Assembly (NCBI RefSeq): GCF_031998825.1
Contig: NZ_DAMACX010000001.1
Coordinates: 46,665 to 110,664, forward strand
DNA length: 64,000 nt
From: Pseudescherichia sp.
GTDB taxonomy: Bacteria > Pseudomonadota > Gammaproteobacteria > Enterobacterales > Enterobacteriaceae
Direction: 5' to 3'
How positions within the stretch are numbered: position 1 is the first letter of the stretch; every line of letters begins with the position of its first letter. The notes beneath the pieces are model-generated. The model saw only the letters and a program-made list of their open reading frames with translations, ran no database searches and had not been told where the DNA came from. This document shows, one piece after another, positions 43,705-54,060 of this stretch. The translations under genes and the position numbers were made by a program.

Positions 43705-46350
43705 CTAACTGTCTCTCAATACTTTAAGAAGATGGTTGCCTGAACCAAAGCGCAGAAGTCCTGCCTGAATGTCCTGTTCTGGCGGAGTGACATTTCCCTC
43801 TCGGGCAAGTTTCCATCCTTTGGGTAGCTGTAAACAGGCCTGCGTGTTGCAGGGGACGGTTAACCGGATTTCGCCGGTCTGCTCATCCCGCGCCCAGTGA
43901 ATGCTTACCTGCCCGTATGGCGATTCGTGACTTGCCTCAGCCCAGTTGATGAAAGCGTTGTTCATATCAGGGCGGAAAAGTATACGGTTGAACGCAACGG
44001 CGCCTTTTTCCATATCCAGCCCTGCCAGATAACGGTACAGCCACTCTCCAATTGCGCCATATGCATAGTGGTTGAAGGAGTTCATGTTATCGCTCCAGAA
44101 ACTCCCATCCTGCCTGATACCGTCCCAGTGCTCCCAGATGGTAGTTGCGCCCTGGTTTACGGAAAACAGCCAGGACGGGAACGTGGTCTGACATACCAGC
44201 CGGACAGCGGTGTCATGGTAACCATAATCCGAGAGTGCAGCACACAGCCACGGCGTACCGAGGAAACCTGTCGTCAGGTGATAGTCGTTTTCCACAACCA
44301 GTTCGTTGAGGCGGGATGCAACTTTCTTCGCATCACTTTCATCAAGAAGCTGAAACGCCAACGGCAGTATATGTGCAGTCTGGGTATCAGCACACATGCC
44401 CCCTTCAGGAGAGAGAAATCTGCTCTTAAAACTGGACCTGATATTGTCAAACCATTGCTGATAGAGACGTTTTTCATTCTCAAGTCCAAGAACCGCAGCA
44501 GCACGGGCAAGGAGGTTTGTTGAATGGGCATAAAAAGCGCTGGCTACCAGATAGACCGGCGTTGCGCCAAAATAACTGTCTGGTTCGGCATCAAGGGCCA
44601 GCCAGTCGCCGAAGTGAAAACCAGTTTCCCAGAGCCAGGGGTTATCACCTGTACTCTGGATATAATGCACCCAGGCTTTCATTGATGGCCACTGCTCCGC
44701 CAGCAGTTGTTTATCACCATACATTTCGTAAATAACCCACGGACAAATAACTGCTGCATCCCCCCAGCCGGATGAAGTATACGTTTTGTCCCCCCACATT
44801 TTAGAGATATAGTCCCGCAGAATGTCGGGGATCACCATGGGGACCGTGCCGTTGGGTTTTTGGTCCGCAGCCAGGCTCTTAAGCCATTTTTTGAAAAACC
44901 GATGAACATTATAATTGTAGGCAGCTGTACGGATAAAGATATGCGCATCCCCGGTCCATCCCAGCCGCTCATCACGCTGTGGGCAATCCGTCGGAATATC
45001 AACGAAATTCCCTCTCTGCCCCCATAAAATATTCTGGTACAGCTGATTAATATCGTTATTCGAACAACTGAAAGAGCCCGTTCTGGCCATATCTGTATGC
45101 AGGACTTCTCCGCGGATCGCATCTAACAACTGTTGGTCGCTGAAGGTGCTGAGCCCGTTTATCTCCAGATAACGAAATCCCTGAAAGGAAAAAGTAGCAG
45201 CATAGTCAATATCTTCTCCGCTGCCGATAAGTGACACCCGTTGCGCAGCCCCGCGTAAATTACCGGTATAAAACTGATTTTGGTTGTCCAGCACTTCGGC
45301 ATGGCGTAACTCAATGCGTTCTCCTTTGGCTAATTTTGCCCGAATCCGGATGCGACCGACCATGTTCTGCCCGATATCCAGAATTGCGCGAGACCCGTTC
45401 CGGGAAATAACCCTCTCAGGTTTCAGCGTCTGAGTTACTCGTACAGGTTCTGCTACTTGTGCGATGAGGTGGGGTCCCGGTTTATCAAGAATATTCACTT
45501 GAGACCATTCACCGGCATCAGTAATGGCATGTTCAACCTGCGCATCCCACGTTTCACCATGATAAAAACTGCTTTGTTGTTGCGGGGCGAGGTGATGCTG
45601 CCATTCATCATCGCTCAGTATCAGGCGTTCCTCGCCATTCTTCATCGTGATATGCAGCTGGACAAAAAGTGCTTTACGATCGCCATACAAATGGCGTTTT
45701 TTAAGCCAGCTCAGCTCGCCCTTGTACCAGCCTTCTGCAAGACCTGCACTTATTTCGTTAGTGCCTTCCTGAAGGAGGCTACTCACGTCCCAGCTTTGAA
45801 ACTGGACGTGATGCTGGTAGCTCGTCCAGCCGGGACTGAACAACTCATCACCCACGGGTTTGTTGTTAATGCTCATCTGGTAGATACCCAGTGCAGAAGC
45901 ATGAAGCGTTGCTTTGGTTACTGAGGCGGGTAGTTGAAAATTACGTCGTAAAACATGAACACTCTCTTCTGCTGTTGTCGCGTCATCAGGCGTGATCCAC
46001 AAACCCCGCCAGACATTCGTTGGCGACGGTGCTGCCTCAAAAAATCCGGGCTGGCTCCATTCGGTTACGTGATTATTACTTTCCTCTATGCGCACGCGGT
46101 AAAAGTAACGCTGTCTGACAACCGGTAAAAAACCCGGAGCCTGAACATGAAGCGAGCAACTATTTTCAACCCAACCACTGTCATAAACGACAGCAGTAAA
46201 GGTTTGGTCTGAAGAAATTTGAAGTTGATAGCCGCGCTGTAAAATATCAGGCACTTCAGAGCTAATAACCCAGCTGAATAAAAGTAAGTTTATATCAGCT
46301 CCAATGAGAGAGCTTTCACCGTTACAGGTAATACGCTCGATAGCGGTCAT
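43705..46350 (-). CDS. Alpha-L-rhamnosidase, glycoside hydrolase family 78 (no signal peptide)
   Basis: 881 aa. Contains ...GNFVDIPTDCPQRDERLGWTGDAHIF..., the GH78 catalytic-domain signature. ATGA overlap with the upstream symporter gene. Confidence 0.85.
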   Translation of the reverse strand: MTAIERITCNGESSLIGADINLLLFSWVISSEVPDILQRGYQLQISSDQTFTAVVYDSGWVENSCSLHVQAPGFLPVVRQRYFYRVRIEESNNHVTEWSQPGFFEAAPSPTNVWRGLWITPDDATTAEESVHVLRRNFQLPASVTKATLHASALGIYQMSINNKPVGDELFSPGWTSYQHHVQFQSWDVSSLLQEGTNEISAGLAEGWYKGELSWLKKRHLYGDRKALFVQLHITMKNGEERLILSDDEWQHHLAPQQQSSFYHGETWDAQVEHAITDAGEWSQVNILDKPGPHLIAQVAEPVRVTQTLKPERVISRNGSRAILDIGQNMVGRIRIRAKLAKGERIELRHAEVLDNQNQFYTGNLRGAAQRVSLIGSGEDIDYAATFSFQGFRYLEINGLSTFSDQQLLDAIRGEVLHTDMARTGSFSCSNNDINQLYQNILWGQRGNFVDIPTDCPQRDERLGWTGDAHIFIRTAAYNYNVHRFFKKWLKSLAADQKPNGTVPMVIPDILRDYISKMWGDKTYTSSGWGDAAVICPWVIYEMYGDKQLLAEQWPSMKAWVHYIQSTGDNPWLWETGFHFGDWLALDAEPDSYFGATPVYLVASAFYAHSTNLLARAAAVLGLENEKRLYQQWFDNIRSSFKSRFLSPEGGMCADTQTAHILPLAFQLLDESDAKKVASRLNELVVENDYHLTTGFLGTPWLCAALSDYGYHDTAVRLVCQTTFPSWLFSVNQGATTIWEHWDGIRQDGSFWSDNMNSFNHYAYGAIGEWLYRYLAGLDMEKGAVAFNRILFRPDMNNAFINWAEASHESPYGQVSIHWARDEQTGEIRLTVPCNTQACLQLPKGWKLAREGNVTPPEQDIQAGLLRFGSGNHLLKVLRDS

Positions 46351-47699
46351 GGGTTCTCCTGTTTAAAATTATAAGCGGTTGGAATAGGGTTTTTTTTATC
46401 TGTCATAGAACGCTGGTAAATGTAAAAGATCACTACCACCGCCCAACAAAAAAAGGCCGGGCCAGCACAGCGAACAAGATTTATCCAGAGAAGCGCTGAA
46501 TCTGACTGAACAGCTACGTTAGGCATGTAACCTGCATAATCTAAAATAAACCCGGCCACGGCAGCTGATACAGCGAACCCCATCTGCATCGAGAGTGCGT
46601 TCAACGAAAACAACATGCCGTCGCTGCGGTGACCATTGAATTTCTCAAGGGAGTCTGACGTTTCTGCCATCATGCCCGTGATGGCAACCAGCAGAATCCC
46701 AATGCCTACACTAAACATGCCGGCCAGGATAAAATAAATGACAGGAAAATTTACTGGAGCAAATATCATTACCATACAGATAGCTCCCATGCACATGTAT
46801 GTCAGTTTTGCACCCTGAGAGTTTCCTGCTCTGGAAATAATTATGGGGGCGCATAATGAACCTATGACCTTACAGGTATAGCTCACCAGGATATAAATGG
46901 GGATGAGATCAGGCTTAACCATGTAATATTTGAGGTAATAGATCCCTACGCTATTTTGTAAACCAACACTCAGACCAAATGTAATCATTGCCAGTACAAC
47001 ACATCTGACCGGAATGCTTGACATAGCCTGACGTATTGCTGCAACAAAGGGTTTCTTTTCTACTGTTGCCGCAACAGGTAGTTCCCGTGTAGTAAAAAAA
47101 AGCATCCATGAGAATAGAATACTAAGAATACCGACCAGCAAGCCAATCCACATAAATCCACTTGCGTTGTTTTCTCCGCCAAAAAAGTAAATGAGTGGGA
47201 GAACAAGAGGAGCGACAATCATCCCTGCAACATTAGAAAATGCACGACTCAACGCAATGAGCTGACTACGCTCAGTGGCATCGCGTGTCAGATTGGGCAC
47301 AAGTCCCCAGATGGCAACGTCAATGCAGGTGAAGCATAATCCCGCAATATTATAAACAATCAGGGCGTAGATAAACTTCATCGTCGGTGACAGGTCCGGC
47401 ACCCAGAACATAAGCCCTGTGAAAATACAAAACGGGATGGGGACAATAAATAACCATGGGCGGAACCGGCCCCAGCGCGTCTGAGTTCGGTCCATCACCG
47501 TTCCTATGAATGGATTAGAGAAAGCATCGATAAGGCGCGTCACAAGCAAGACAATACCTGCCAGTGATGCGGTCAGACCAAATACATCAGTGTAAAAAAT
47601 CATCAAATAGGAAGTAACAACGACGCTGAAAATGTCTTTGCTGAATGCGCCGCTGCCAAAACTCATTTTTTGCCATCGGGAGAGCTTCATCATCATCAC
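46347..47699 (-). CDS. Glycoside-pentoside-hexuronide (GPH) family cation symporter
   Basis: 450 aa, MMMMKLSRWQKMSFGSGAFSKDIFSVVVTSYLMIFYTDVFGL..., a MelB/YicJ-like N-terminus. True start may be one of the later Met codons. Confidence 0.85.
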   Translation of the reverse strand: MMMMKLSRWQKMSFGSGAFSKDIFSVVVTSYLMIFYTDVFGLTASLAGIVLLVTRLIDAFSNPFIGTVMDRTQTRWGRFRPWLFIVPIPFCIFTGLMFWVPDLSPTMKFIYALIVYNIAGLCFTCIDVAIWGLVPNLTRDATERSQLIALSRAFSNVAGMIVAPLVLPLIYFFGGENNASGFMWIGLLVGILSILFSWMLFFTTRELPVAATVEKKPFVAAIRQAMSSIPVRCVVLAMITFGLSVGLQNSVGIYYLKYYMVKPDLIPIYILVSYTCKVIGSLCAPIIISRAGNSQGAKLTYMCMGAICMVMIFAPVNFPVIYFILAGMFSVGIGILLVAITGMMAETSDSLEKFNGHRSDGMLFSLNALSMQMGFAVSAAVAGFILDYAGYMPNVAVQSDSALLWINLVRCAGPAFFCWAVVVIFYIYQRSMTDKKNPIPTAYNFKQENP

Positions 47700-47888
47700 C
47701 TGTTATGAGAAATTAGTATCAGCATCACACACTGCTCACTGAATGGCATTATTCATAGTGCCAGTTCTTCCATCGTCCCTGGCAGTAGGGATAAAACCAT
47801 GCAATACACTTCACATTTCAGTAAAAGAACCTCCAGCACTAACAGTGTTTGTGCTGTACTGATATTGTGGACGACATAACTGGGTAAG

Positions 47889-48725
47889 ATGATGTACAGA
47901 ATAATGTTTGAAAAATATTTCTCAGGCCAGGGACAGCCTGTTGCCATCCATCAGACTCATCCTGAGGTCAACAATATTGAACATGACCATGACTTTGAAG
48001 AGTTAGTTATTGTCGATCAGGGGAGTGGAACGCATATCCTGAACGGTGAACCTATCTCCATTCAGACCGGGGATGTGTTCTATATCCGGCAGGAGGATTA
48101 TCATTACTATGAAAACATGGGTGGGCTTTGCCTGACAAATATCCTCATTCATAGTAATGTTAAGTTTTATAATATACCGACGCTGCCACAGATACTCAAA
48201 AATACTTTTACATCTTCATCATCCAGTATTTTTCATCTACCACTTGAGTCCCGGAAACAATTTAACAGTCTTTTAACCCAATTCAGGGATGTATTGGATG
48301 ATGAAAGTCCTGTGTTATCTGTCCGCCGGGAAGGTTTGCTTCTGCAGTTGATTTCATTACTTAGCTTTCATCGTATCAGGGGGGCACACACAAAAAATCG
48401 TAGTGGAATTGAATCCTTGCTTGATGAGTTGCGCTGTTGCCACACTGCCACAATAGACTGGGGGGATCTTTGTGAGAAATATGGCGTTTCTCAAAGAACA
48501 CTTTACCGTTCCATCCGTAAACTGACCAGCTATTCACCAGAGAATTACCTGTTGCGCTTGCGCCTGAGAACTGCACGGCATATGTTGTTGTTTACAGAAG
48601 AAACCATAACAAATATTGCATTTGAGAGTGGATTTATAAACCCCTCTCATTTTTCTCAGTGCTATAAACGTATTCATGGGATATCGCCCACAGAAGAACG
48701 TTATCGTAGGGGAAGTCGCTCATAA
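47889..48725 (+). CDS. AraC-family regulator, RhaS/RhaR-like (cupin + HTH)
   Basis: 278 aa, ...EHDHDFEELVIVDQGSGTHILNGEPISIQTGDVFYIRQEDYHYYENMGGLCLTNILI... parallels RhaS. C-terminal AraC HTH has ...FINPSHFSQCYKRIHGISPTEER. Divergent from the rhamnosidase operon. Confidence 0.85.
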   Translation: MMYRIMFEKYFSGQGQPVAIHQTHPEVNNIEHDHDFEELVIVDQGSGTHILNGEPISIQTGDVFYIRQEDYHYYENMGGLCLTNILIHSNVKFYNIPTLPQILKNTFTSSSSSIFHLPLESRKQFNSLLTQFRDVLDDESPVLSVRREGLLLQLISLLSFHRIRGAHTKNRSGIESLLDELRCCHTATIDWGDLCEKYGVSQRTLYRSIRKLTSYSPENYLLRLRLRTARHMLLFTEETITNIAFESGFINPSHFSQCYKRIHGISPTEERYRRGSRS

Positions 48726-49204
48726 GTTGACGCCGATGTATTAGTAACTCCGGCATTTTTGTCTTAAGCGAACGCGCATATTATCAGGCCTGGACCTGCT
48801 TCTCTTTTCCTGGGCATTAAACGATATCGTTCTGTACAAGGCCGCAACGGTAAGCGTAAGGCTGGTAACAGGTAGTGACGGAGGAATGACAGCCACAGAG
48901 ATTGTGGATCATATGGTTTTCATGGATCAACCATCGCGGAGCAGTAGGCTGGTTAATTTCAGAGTGCGGAAATGTTCCTGCGAAAGATGTGCTGACGGTT
49001 TTCCTGAGAGACCATAATCACTGGCAGGAATGTTATTCTGATGACGACTTATCAGGCGGCTTCAGTGGACGTTATGAGCGAGCACTCTAAGCCTGCATGG
49101 CGTTACTCATTTCGCGGTGGATTAACAGGGAGCAGAGCAGGTCAACTTGCGGCCAGGTGCGGTGCCCCCCAGCCTCAGCGGCTCAGCACAAAAAGGAAGA
49201 ACTG

Positions 49205-50116
49205 ATGCATACTGTAAATATCCGTGTAACGATCGGAGTGGCTTTTTTACTGATGTCAATCTTGGTCCAGGCGTCCGCAGATCAACATCTGTCCGAACCT
49301 TCAGAACATCCTGACTCGCAGCGTATCTCTGTACAGACGCAGGGCTCAGGAAAGGATGTCATACTGATTCCGGGGCTGGCGTCGTCTCGCGAAATCTGGA
49401 CCGATTTAGCAGCAGGTTTGCGTACCCGCCACCGCATTCATCTTGTCGAACTTGCGGGCTTTGCAGATACACCAGCCGTTTCCAGCCTGGACGGGAAGGT
49501 CATTGCTCCGGCTGCTGACGCTATTGCTGAATACATCCGCACCAGGCACATAAAAGCACCGGTGATCATTGGCCACTCTCTTGGGGGGGAGATTGCACTG
49601 ATGCTGGGAGCTCGTCATCCCGACCAGGTCGGTCGCCTGATGGTCGTCGATGCCTTACCGTTCTATACGTTGATGATTGACCCTGCGGCGACCAGCGAAA
49701 CGGCTGTCCGGCAGGCCACTGCTATGCGGGACGGGGTAATGGCACAGTCACCGGAGCAAATCATAAAGTTTCAGAAAACATCCATCGCCCGTTTAGCCAG
49801 GACCGAGGCAGTGAGGCCTGCTCTGGTGGCTGCGGGAAACCGTTCCGATCGCAAAACAGTTGCGGATGCAGTGTATGAACTAATGACTACCGATTTGCGA
49901 CCTGAGCTTGGCCACATCAAAGCGCCGGTTGAGGTTGTCTACGCGTATGATGCCTTATTTGGGGTACCGGCAGCCAGCGTAGATACAATGTACCGCCACG
50001 CCTATACCTCTGCACCAGATATTCATTTCACGCGGATCGATGATAGTTTTCACTTTGTTATGCTTGATCAGCCAGAACGGTTCTCCAGCGTGGTTGAGTC
50101 ATTCCTTAATAAATAA
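49205..50116 (+). CDS. Secreted alpha/beta-fold hydrolase
   Basis: ORF 49097..50116. ATG 49205 lies after AAGGAAG. MHTVNIRVTIGVAFLLMSILVQASA signal peptide. GHSLGG nucleophile elbow. Confidence 0.8.
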   Translation: MHTVNIRVTIGVAFLLMSILVQASADQHLSEPSEHPDSQRISVQTQGSGKDVILIPGLASSREIWTDLAAGLRTRHRIHLVELAGFADTPAVSSLDGKVIAPAADAIAEYIRTRHIKAPVIIGHSLGGEIALMLGARHPDQVGRLMVVDALPFYTLMIDPAATSETAVRQATAMRDGVMAQSPEQIIKFQKTSIARLARTEAVRPALVAAGNRSDRKTVADAVYELMTTDLRPELGHIKAPVEVVYAYDALFGVPAASVDTMYRHAYTSAPDIHFTRIDDSFHFVMLDQPERFSSVVESFLNK

Positions 50117-50300
50117 AGGGTGCCGGAAGCAGCTGGTCAGATTACTATAATCTCAGCAAAATTATCTTCAGCAACACTTCCGTTTTCTGACCTTTGCGCA
50201 TAAATTTTAATGGATGCGAACGGAGAGAATGGCCCTAGTTATTTTCCTGAGGCTCGCTGCTCATTCTGAAAGCCCGGCGACTGAGTCGGATAATGTTAAA

Positions 50301-50474
50301 CTAGTCTTTATTTTCCAGAGCCCGTTTGGTTAATTCGAGTTTCGCTGTCTGGCGGCGCATTTCCAGCAGGTGGAGCGTTTCATATACATCGATGCCAACA
50401 AGGTTTTGCTCTCCCGGCATATCCAGATCGCGTTTGAGCATCTCGATTTCGCCTTGGGTGATTAATGGCCGCAT
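50301..50474 (-). CDS. Hypothetical 57-aa protein
   Basis: Not in ORF track. Reverse complement gives MRPLITQGEIEMLKRDLDMPGEQNLVGIDVYETLHLLEMRRQTAKLELTKRALENKD*. Helical-looking, no family recognised, no strong SD. Confidence 0.35.
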   Translation of the reverse strand: MRPLITQGEIEMLKRDLDMPGEQNLVGIDVYETLHLLEMRRQTAKLELTKRALENKD

Positions 50475-50545
50475 AATGTTCTACTGGTCTTAGATATTTG
50501 GCCCTTTGCTTTCAGTAAAGCAGGGCATGACCTTATGGTCGTTGC

Positions 50546-51023
<478 letters not shown>

Positions 51024-51036
<13 letters not shown>

Positions 51037-51290
51037 TGCGGTTTTCTCGCCAGGAGTTTCTCCATCGCCGGATTAGCGGTGACCGGCGCATCCAGCATGT
51101 CGATAAACTCGGCGTACTGTTCATCATTAAGATTAAACATTCGGCGGTCAAGGATAACGTTTTCCGCTGCCTGGCAGGCTGTCTCCAGTATAAAATCGGT
51201 ACGTGATTTATGGAGAATCTCGGCGGCAGTATCAATCAGGGTCCGCTGGGCTTTTTTCGCCCGAATGTTAAGCTGAACATCAGAGTTCAT
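51024..51290 (-). CDS. DUF1778 (TacA-like) antitoxin
   Basis: ORF 51024..51335. ATG 51290 lies after AAGAGGA. MNSDVQLNIRAKKAQRTLIDTAAEILHKSRTDFILETACQAAENVILDRRMFNLNDEQYAEFIDMLDAP... Overlaps the toxin GTG start. Confidence 0.85.
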
Positions 51291-51487
51291 AATTCCTCTT
51301 GCGTATAGCAATTCGTATACATATCTAAGCGCCATCGTATATCAAATGCTCTACAGAGAAAGAGTAATTTTCTACGGGAACAGGGCATACTTACCAATCT
51401 GGCTGCAGCCTTCACAGCCGTAATGACATTTCTGAATGGCGGGAAAGGTGCCACTTCTGCTTTGCGTTGACAGGGGAGAAGAAGGCT

Positions 51488-51646
51488 ATGAAGCTGCCAC
51501 GGAGCGCTCTCATCTGGTGCGTATTAATCGTGTGTTTAACGCTATTGATATTCACCTGGCTGACGCGAAAATCGCTGTGTGAAATTCGCTACAGAGACGG
51601 GAGCAGGGAGGTGGCTGCTTCAATGGCTTACGAATCCGGTAAGTAG
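51488..51646 (+). CDS. hok: Hok/Gef-family type I toxin
   Basis: Not in ORF track (52 aa). [52 protein letters not shown] is near-identical to plasmid R1 Hok as remembered. A GTG-initiated overlapping upstream frame (mok-like) starts about 51448. 3' hairpin ggcggggg-taa-ccccgcc-tttt at about 51655..51677. Confidence 0.85.
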   Translation: MKLPRSALIWCVLIVCLTLLIFTWLTRKSLCEIRYRDGSREVAASMAYESGK

Positions 51647-51833
51647 CAACCTGGAGGCGGGGGTAACCCCGCCTTTTCAGGAATGATGTGTCTGAGCATT
51701 GCTAGCGCCTTTTAAGGGTTGCTGGTTCAGACCAGTGGCCCTTTTCTATAAGGGTGGAAAGCCATTGATTATGCTTCTCTTTTTGACGCCATTAATGATA
51801 GGGTTATACGCTAACGCTAAAAGGAGATAAATC

Positions 51834-52145
51834 ATGATCGTCCGCACATGGCACGGCTGCGTTCCACTGAAGCATGCTGAAGGTTTTGCAGCACACCTCA
51901 ATAAAACCGGTGTCGATCACTCAAAAAGCGTGGCGGGAAACCTGGGGGCGCTTGTTCGCCGAGAGGCGCAAGGTGACTGGGAGCACTTTTTTCTTGCTAC
52001 ATATTGGCAAGATTTGACAGCGATAAAGGCGTTTGCCGGGGAGGATTATCATGTGGCAGTGACCTATCCGGACGATGAACAGTTTGAACTGCTCTCAGAT
52101 CCCTACGTTTTTCAGCATGAGGTGGCCGCAGTGTCGCCGCTTTAG
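51834..52145 (+). CDS. ABM (antibiotic biosynthesis monooxygenase-like) superfamily protein
   Basis: 103 aa, MIVRTWHGCVPLKHAEGFAAHLNKTGV...ATYWQDLTAIKAFAGEDYHVAV..., the pattern of small dimeric alpha+beta-barrel proteins. AAGGAG SD. Confidence 0.6.
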   Translation: MIVRTWHGCVPLKHAEGFAAHLNKTGVDHSKSVAGNLGALVRREAQGDWEHFFLATYWQDLTAIKAFAGEDYHVAVTYPDDEQFELLSDPYVFQHEVAAVSPL

Positions 52146-52250
52146 AGGGCTGTAGGTGAGTTTAAATAGCATCACCAGCTTACTTAAACATGCTGTTAAG
52201 TGTTGGTTTTTGCCGATCTTTAGCCAAAGCAGCACAATCAGCAGCTCATA

Positions 52251-52284
52251 AAACCTGCGATCCGCTAAGCGGCGCAGGTTTTTT
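52251..52284. terminator. Bidirectional intrinsic terminator between convergent genes
   Basis: aaacctgcg-atccgctaagcgg-cgcaggttttt. Confidence 0.6.
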
Positions 52285-52302
52285 ACAGGTACGGTCTGAA
52301 CA

Positions 52303-52851
52303 TTAGCCGCGGAGGTAATCTTCCGTGGATATCACTTTGCCATAGCCAAATTCAAAGGCAGCCATCATTGCAGCATGCACATGGGCGGCTGGCACGGTGA
52401 CGTTGTTAAAGGTGAGATTCAACGTGGCACAGGCATCGTGCAGAATGGTGACGGGGTAGCCCATGTCAACGGCAGCGCGCACGCAAGCATCCACACACAT
52501 ATGACTCATTGCACCGACGATAATGACCTCTTCAACGCCTTGCGCATCAAGCTGCGCTTTAAGGTCGGTATCGCGAAACGCATTTATATGGTTTTTAACA
52601 ATAACCGGCTCGTTTTCCGTTGGGTAAACAGATGGCTGGATCTGTACGCCCTCGGTCCCAGGGGTAAATATCGGTGCATCTTCGCTAACAGACTCATGGC
52701 GAATGTGGAACACAGGATGTCCATGCAGGCGAAAATCAGCAATCACGCGTGCGGCATTGGCTGCAGCAGCGTCAATATTGGTTAAGGGAAGCTTACCGCT
52801 GGATAGATATTCGTTTTGCAGATCGATGACAATAAGGCCACGCTTTTTCAT
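52303..52851 (-). CDS. Isochorismatase-family cysteine hydrolase
   Basis: 182 aa, MKKRGLIVIDLQNEY...VIIVGAMSHMCVDACVRAA... (D-K-C triad context). Confidence 0.85.
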   Translation of the reverse strand: MKKRGLIVIDLQNEYLSSGKLPLTNIDAAAANAARVIADFRLHGHPVFHIRHESVSEDAPIFTPGTEGVQIQPSVYPTENEPVIVKNHINAFRDTDLKAQLDAQGVEEVIIVGAMSHMCVDACVRAAVDMGYPVTILHDACATLNLTFNNVTVPAAHVHAAMMAAFEFGYGKVISTEDYLRG

Positions 52852-52971
52852 ATATCCTCTCGCTCAATGATATCGTGAGGCTCTATTGTGTCCCGGCTAA
52901 GCACTGCTGCTAAGTGGCTTCAGCGACATTATTAGAGGCAATAACGACACAACGTTGCTGCCTCAGGAACA

Positions 52972-53949
52972 TTATACAGCTGCCCCAGCGCTAAAGCGGC
53001 GGCGGTACTCTCCTGGCGTCAGGCCCACGATACGGGTAAATACCTTGCGGAAGGCCCCAGTGTCATTATAGCCAACCTCCCAGGCCACGCTGTCAACCGG
53101 CGCAGTGCTAAACTGTAACAGCTCCCGCGCCCGGCCTACGCGCAGCCGCTGGCAATATTCAGTGCTGGTCATTCCCGTCGCTTTTTGAAAGCGCCGCAGG
53201 AAGGTACGCTCTTCCAGGCTTGCCTGAAGAGCCAGAGCGCTAAGTGAGATATCCTTTGCCTGAGTAGCTTGTAACCAGTGTTGTACTTTCAGTATCGCCG
53301 CGTCGCCGTGATCAAGGCGAGGGGAGAATACGCTGTAATAACGTTGTTCACGACCAGGTGGGTCAACCAACAGCATGCGGGCAGTGTGTATCATGATGGT
53401 TGGGCCCAGCAGACGATCAACCAGCCTGAGTCCAAGATCCGTCCAGGACATAAGCCCACCTGCAGAGATAATATCCCCGTCGTCAATAATGAGCCGATCC
53501 GCATCGACAGTAATATCAGGAAAGCGCTGCTGTAATAGCTCGGCATATTTCCAGTGGGTGGTCATGCGCCGTCCCGCCATCAGCCCCGTCGCCCCCAGCA
53601 AGAAAGCGCCTGCACAGATCGACCCCAGCACCACACCTTGTGCATGCCGATCGCGTAACCACTGTGTCAGCCTGTCACTTCTGTCGGGCACCACTGGCGT
53701 AGACAGGGTAGGAGGTAGGATCAACGCCGACAGCGTACATGAATTGCGGGTGCACGCGTCCCACGTAGGTGTCGGGTCCTGCTCCGGTGTCGGCGACTGC
53801 CAGTGGGTTACACGTAAGATGGTGTGCTGTTGATACGCTGCGGCAATGCTGTTGGCGACGCTGAAAAGGTCAGTTAACCCTAAAACGGCTGCCTGCTGGA
53901 CACCGGGGTAGAGTAGCAGCCCAATTTCGATCGCCTTCGTCTGGCTCAT
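52972..53949 (-). CDS. GlxA-family regulator (DJ-1/PfpI-like domain + AraC HTH)
   Basis: 325 aa, ...LGSICAGAFLLGATGLMAGRRMTTHW... then ...TSTEYCQRLRVGRARELL...VGYNDTGAFRKVFTRIVGLTPGEYRRRF. Confidence 0.85.
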   Translation of the reverse strand: MSQTKAIEIGLLLYPGVQQAAVLGLTDLFSVANSIAAAYQQHTILRVTHWQSPTPEQDPTPTWDACTRNSCTLSALILPPTLSTPVVPDRSDRLTQWLRDRHAQGVVLGSICAGAFLLGATGLMAGRRMTTHWKYAELLQQRFPDITVDADRLIIDDGDIISAGGLMSWTDLGLRLVDRLLGPTIMIHTARMLLVDPPGREQRYYSVFSPRLDHGDAAILKVQHWLQATQAKDISLSALALQASLEERTFLRRFQKATGMTSTEYCQRLRVGRARELLQFSTAPVDSVAWEVGYNDTGAFRKVFTRIVGLTPGEYRRRFSAGAAV

Positions 53950-54018
53950 ATATCGTTTTCATCTTCACCTGGGAGGGAATTAAAGTCTGTTAGTTCCCCC
54001 GTCGGGTTGCAAGCAAAT

Positions 54019-54042
54019 AAAAAAGGGAGCCTTTCGGCTCCC
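54019..54042 (-). terminator. Intrinsic terminator of fhuE
   Basis: Minus strand: gggagcc-gaaa-ggctccc followed by T6. Near-identical inverted copy of the ptsG terminator. Confidence 0.8.
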
Positions 54043-54060
54043 TCAGTCATTCAGGCGCGA

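Noticed and set aside
48902-49090. 62-aa + ORF between the RhaS-like regulator and the hydrolase gene.
   Set aside because: It has a GTG/ATG-poor context, no SD, a Trp-rich improbable N-terminus and no recognisable family.
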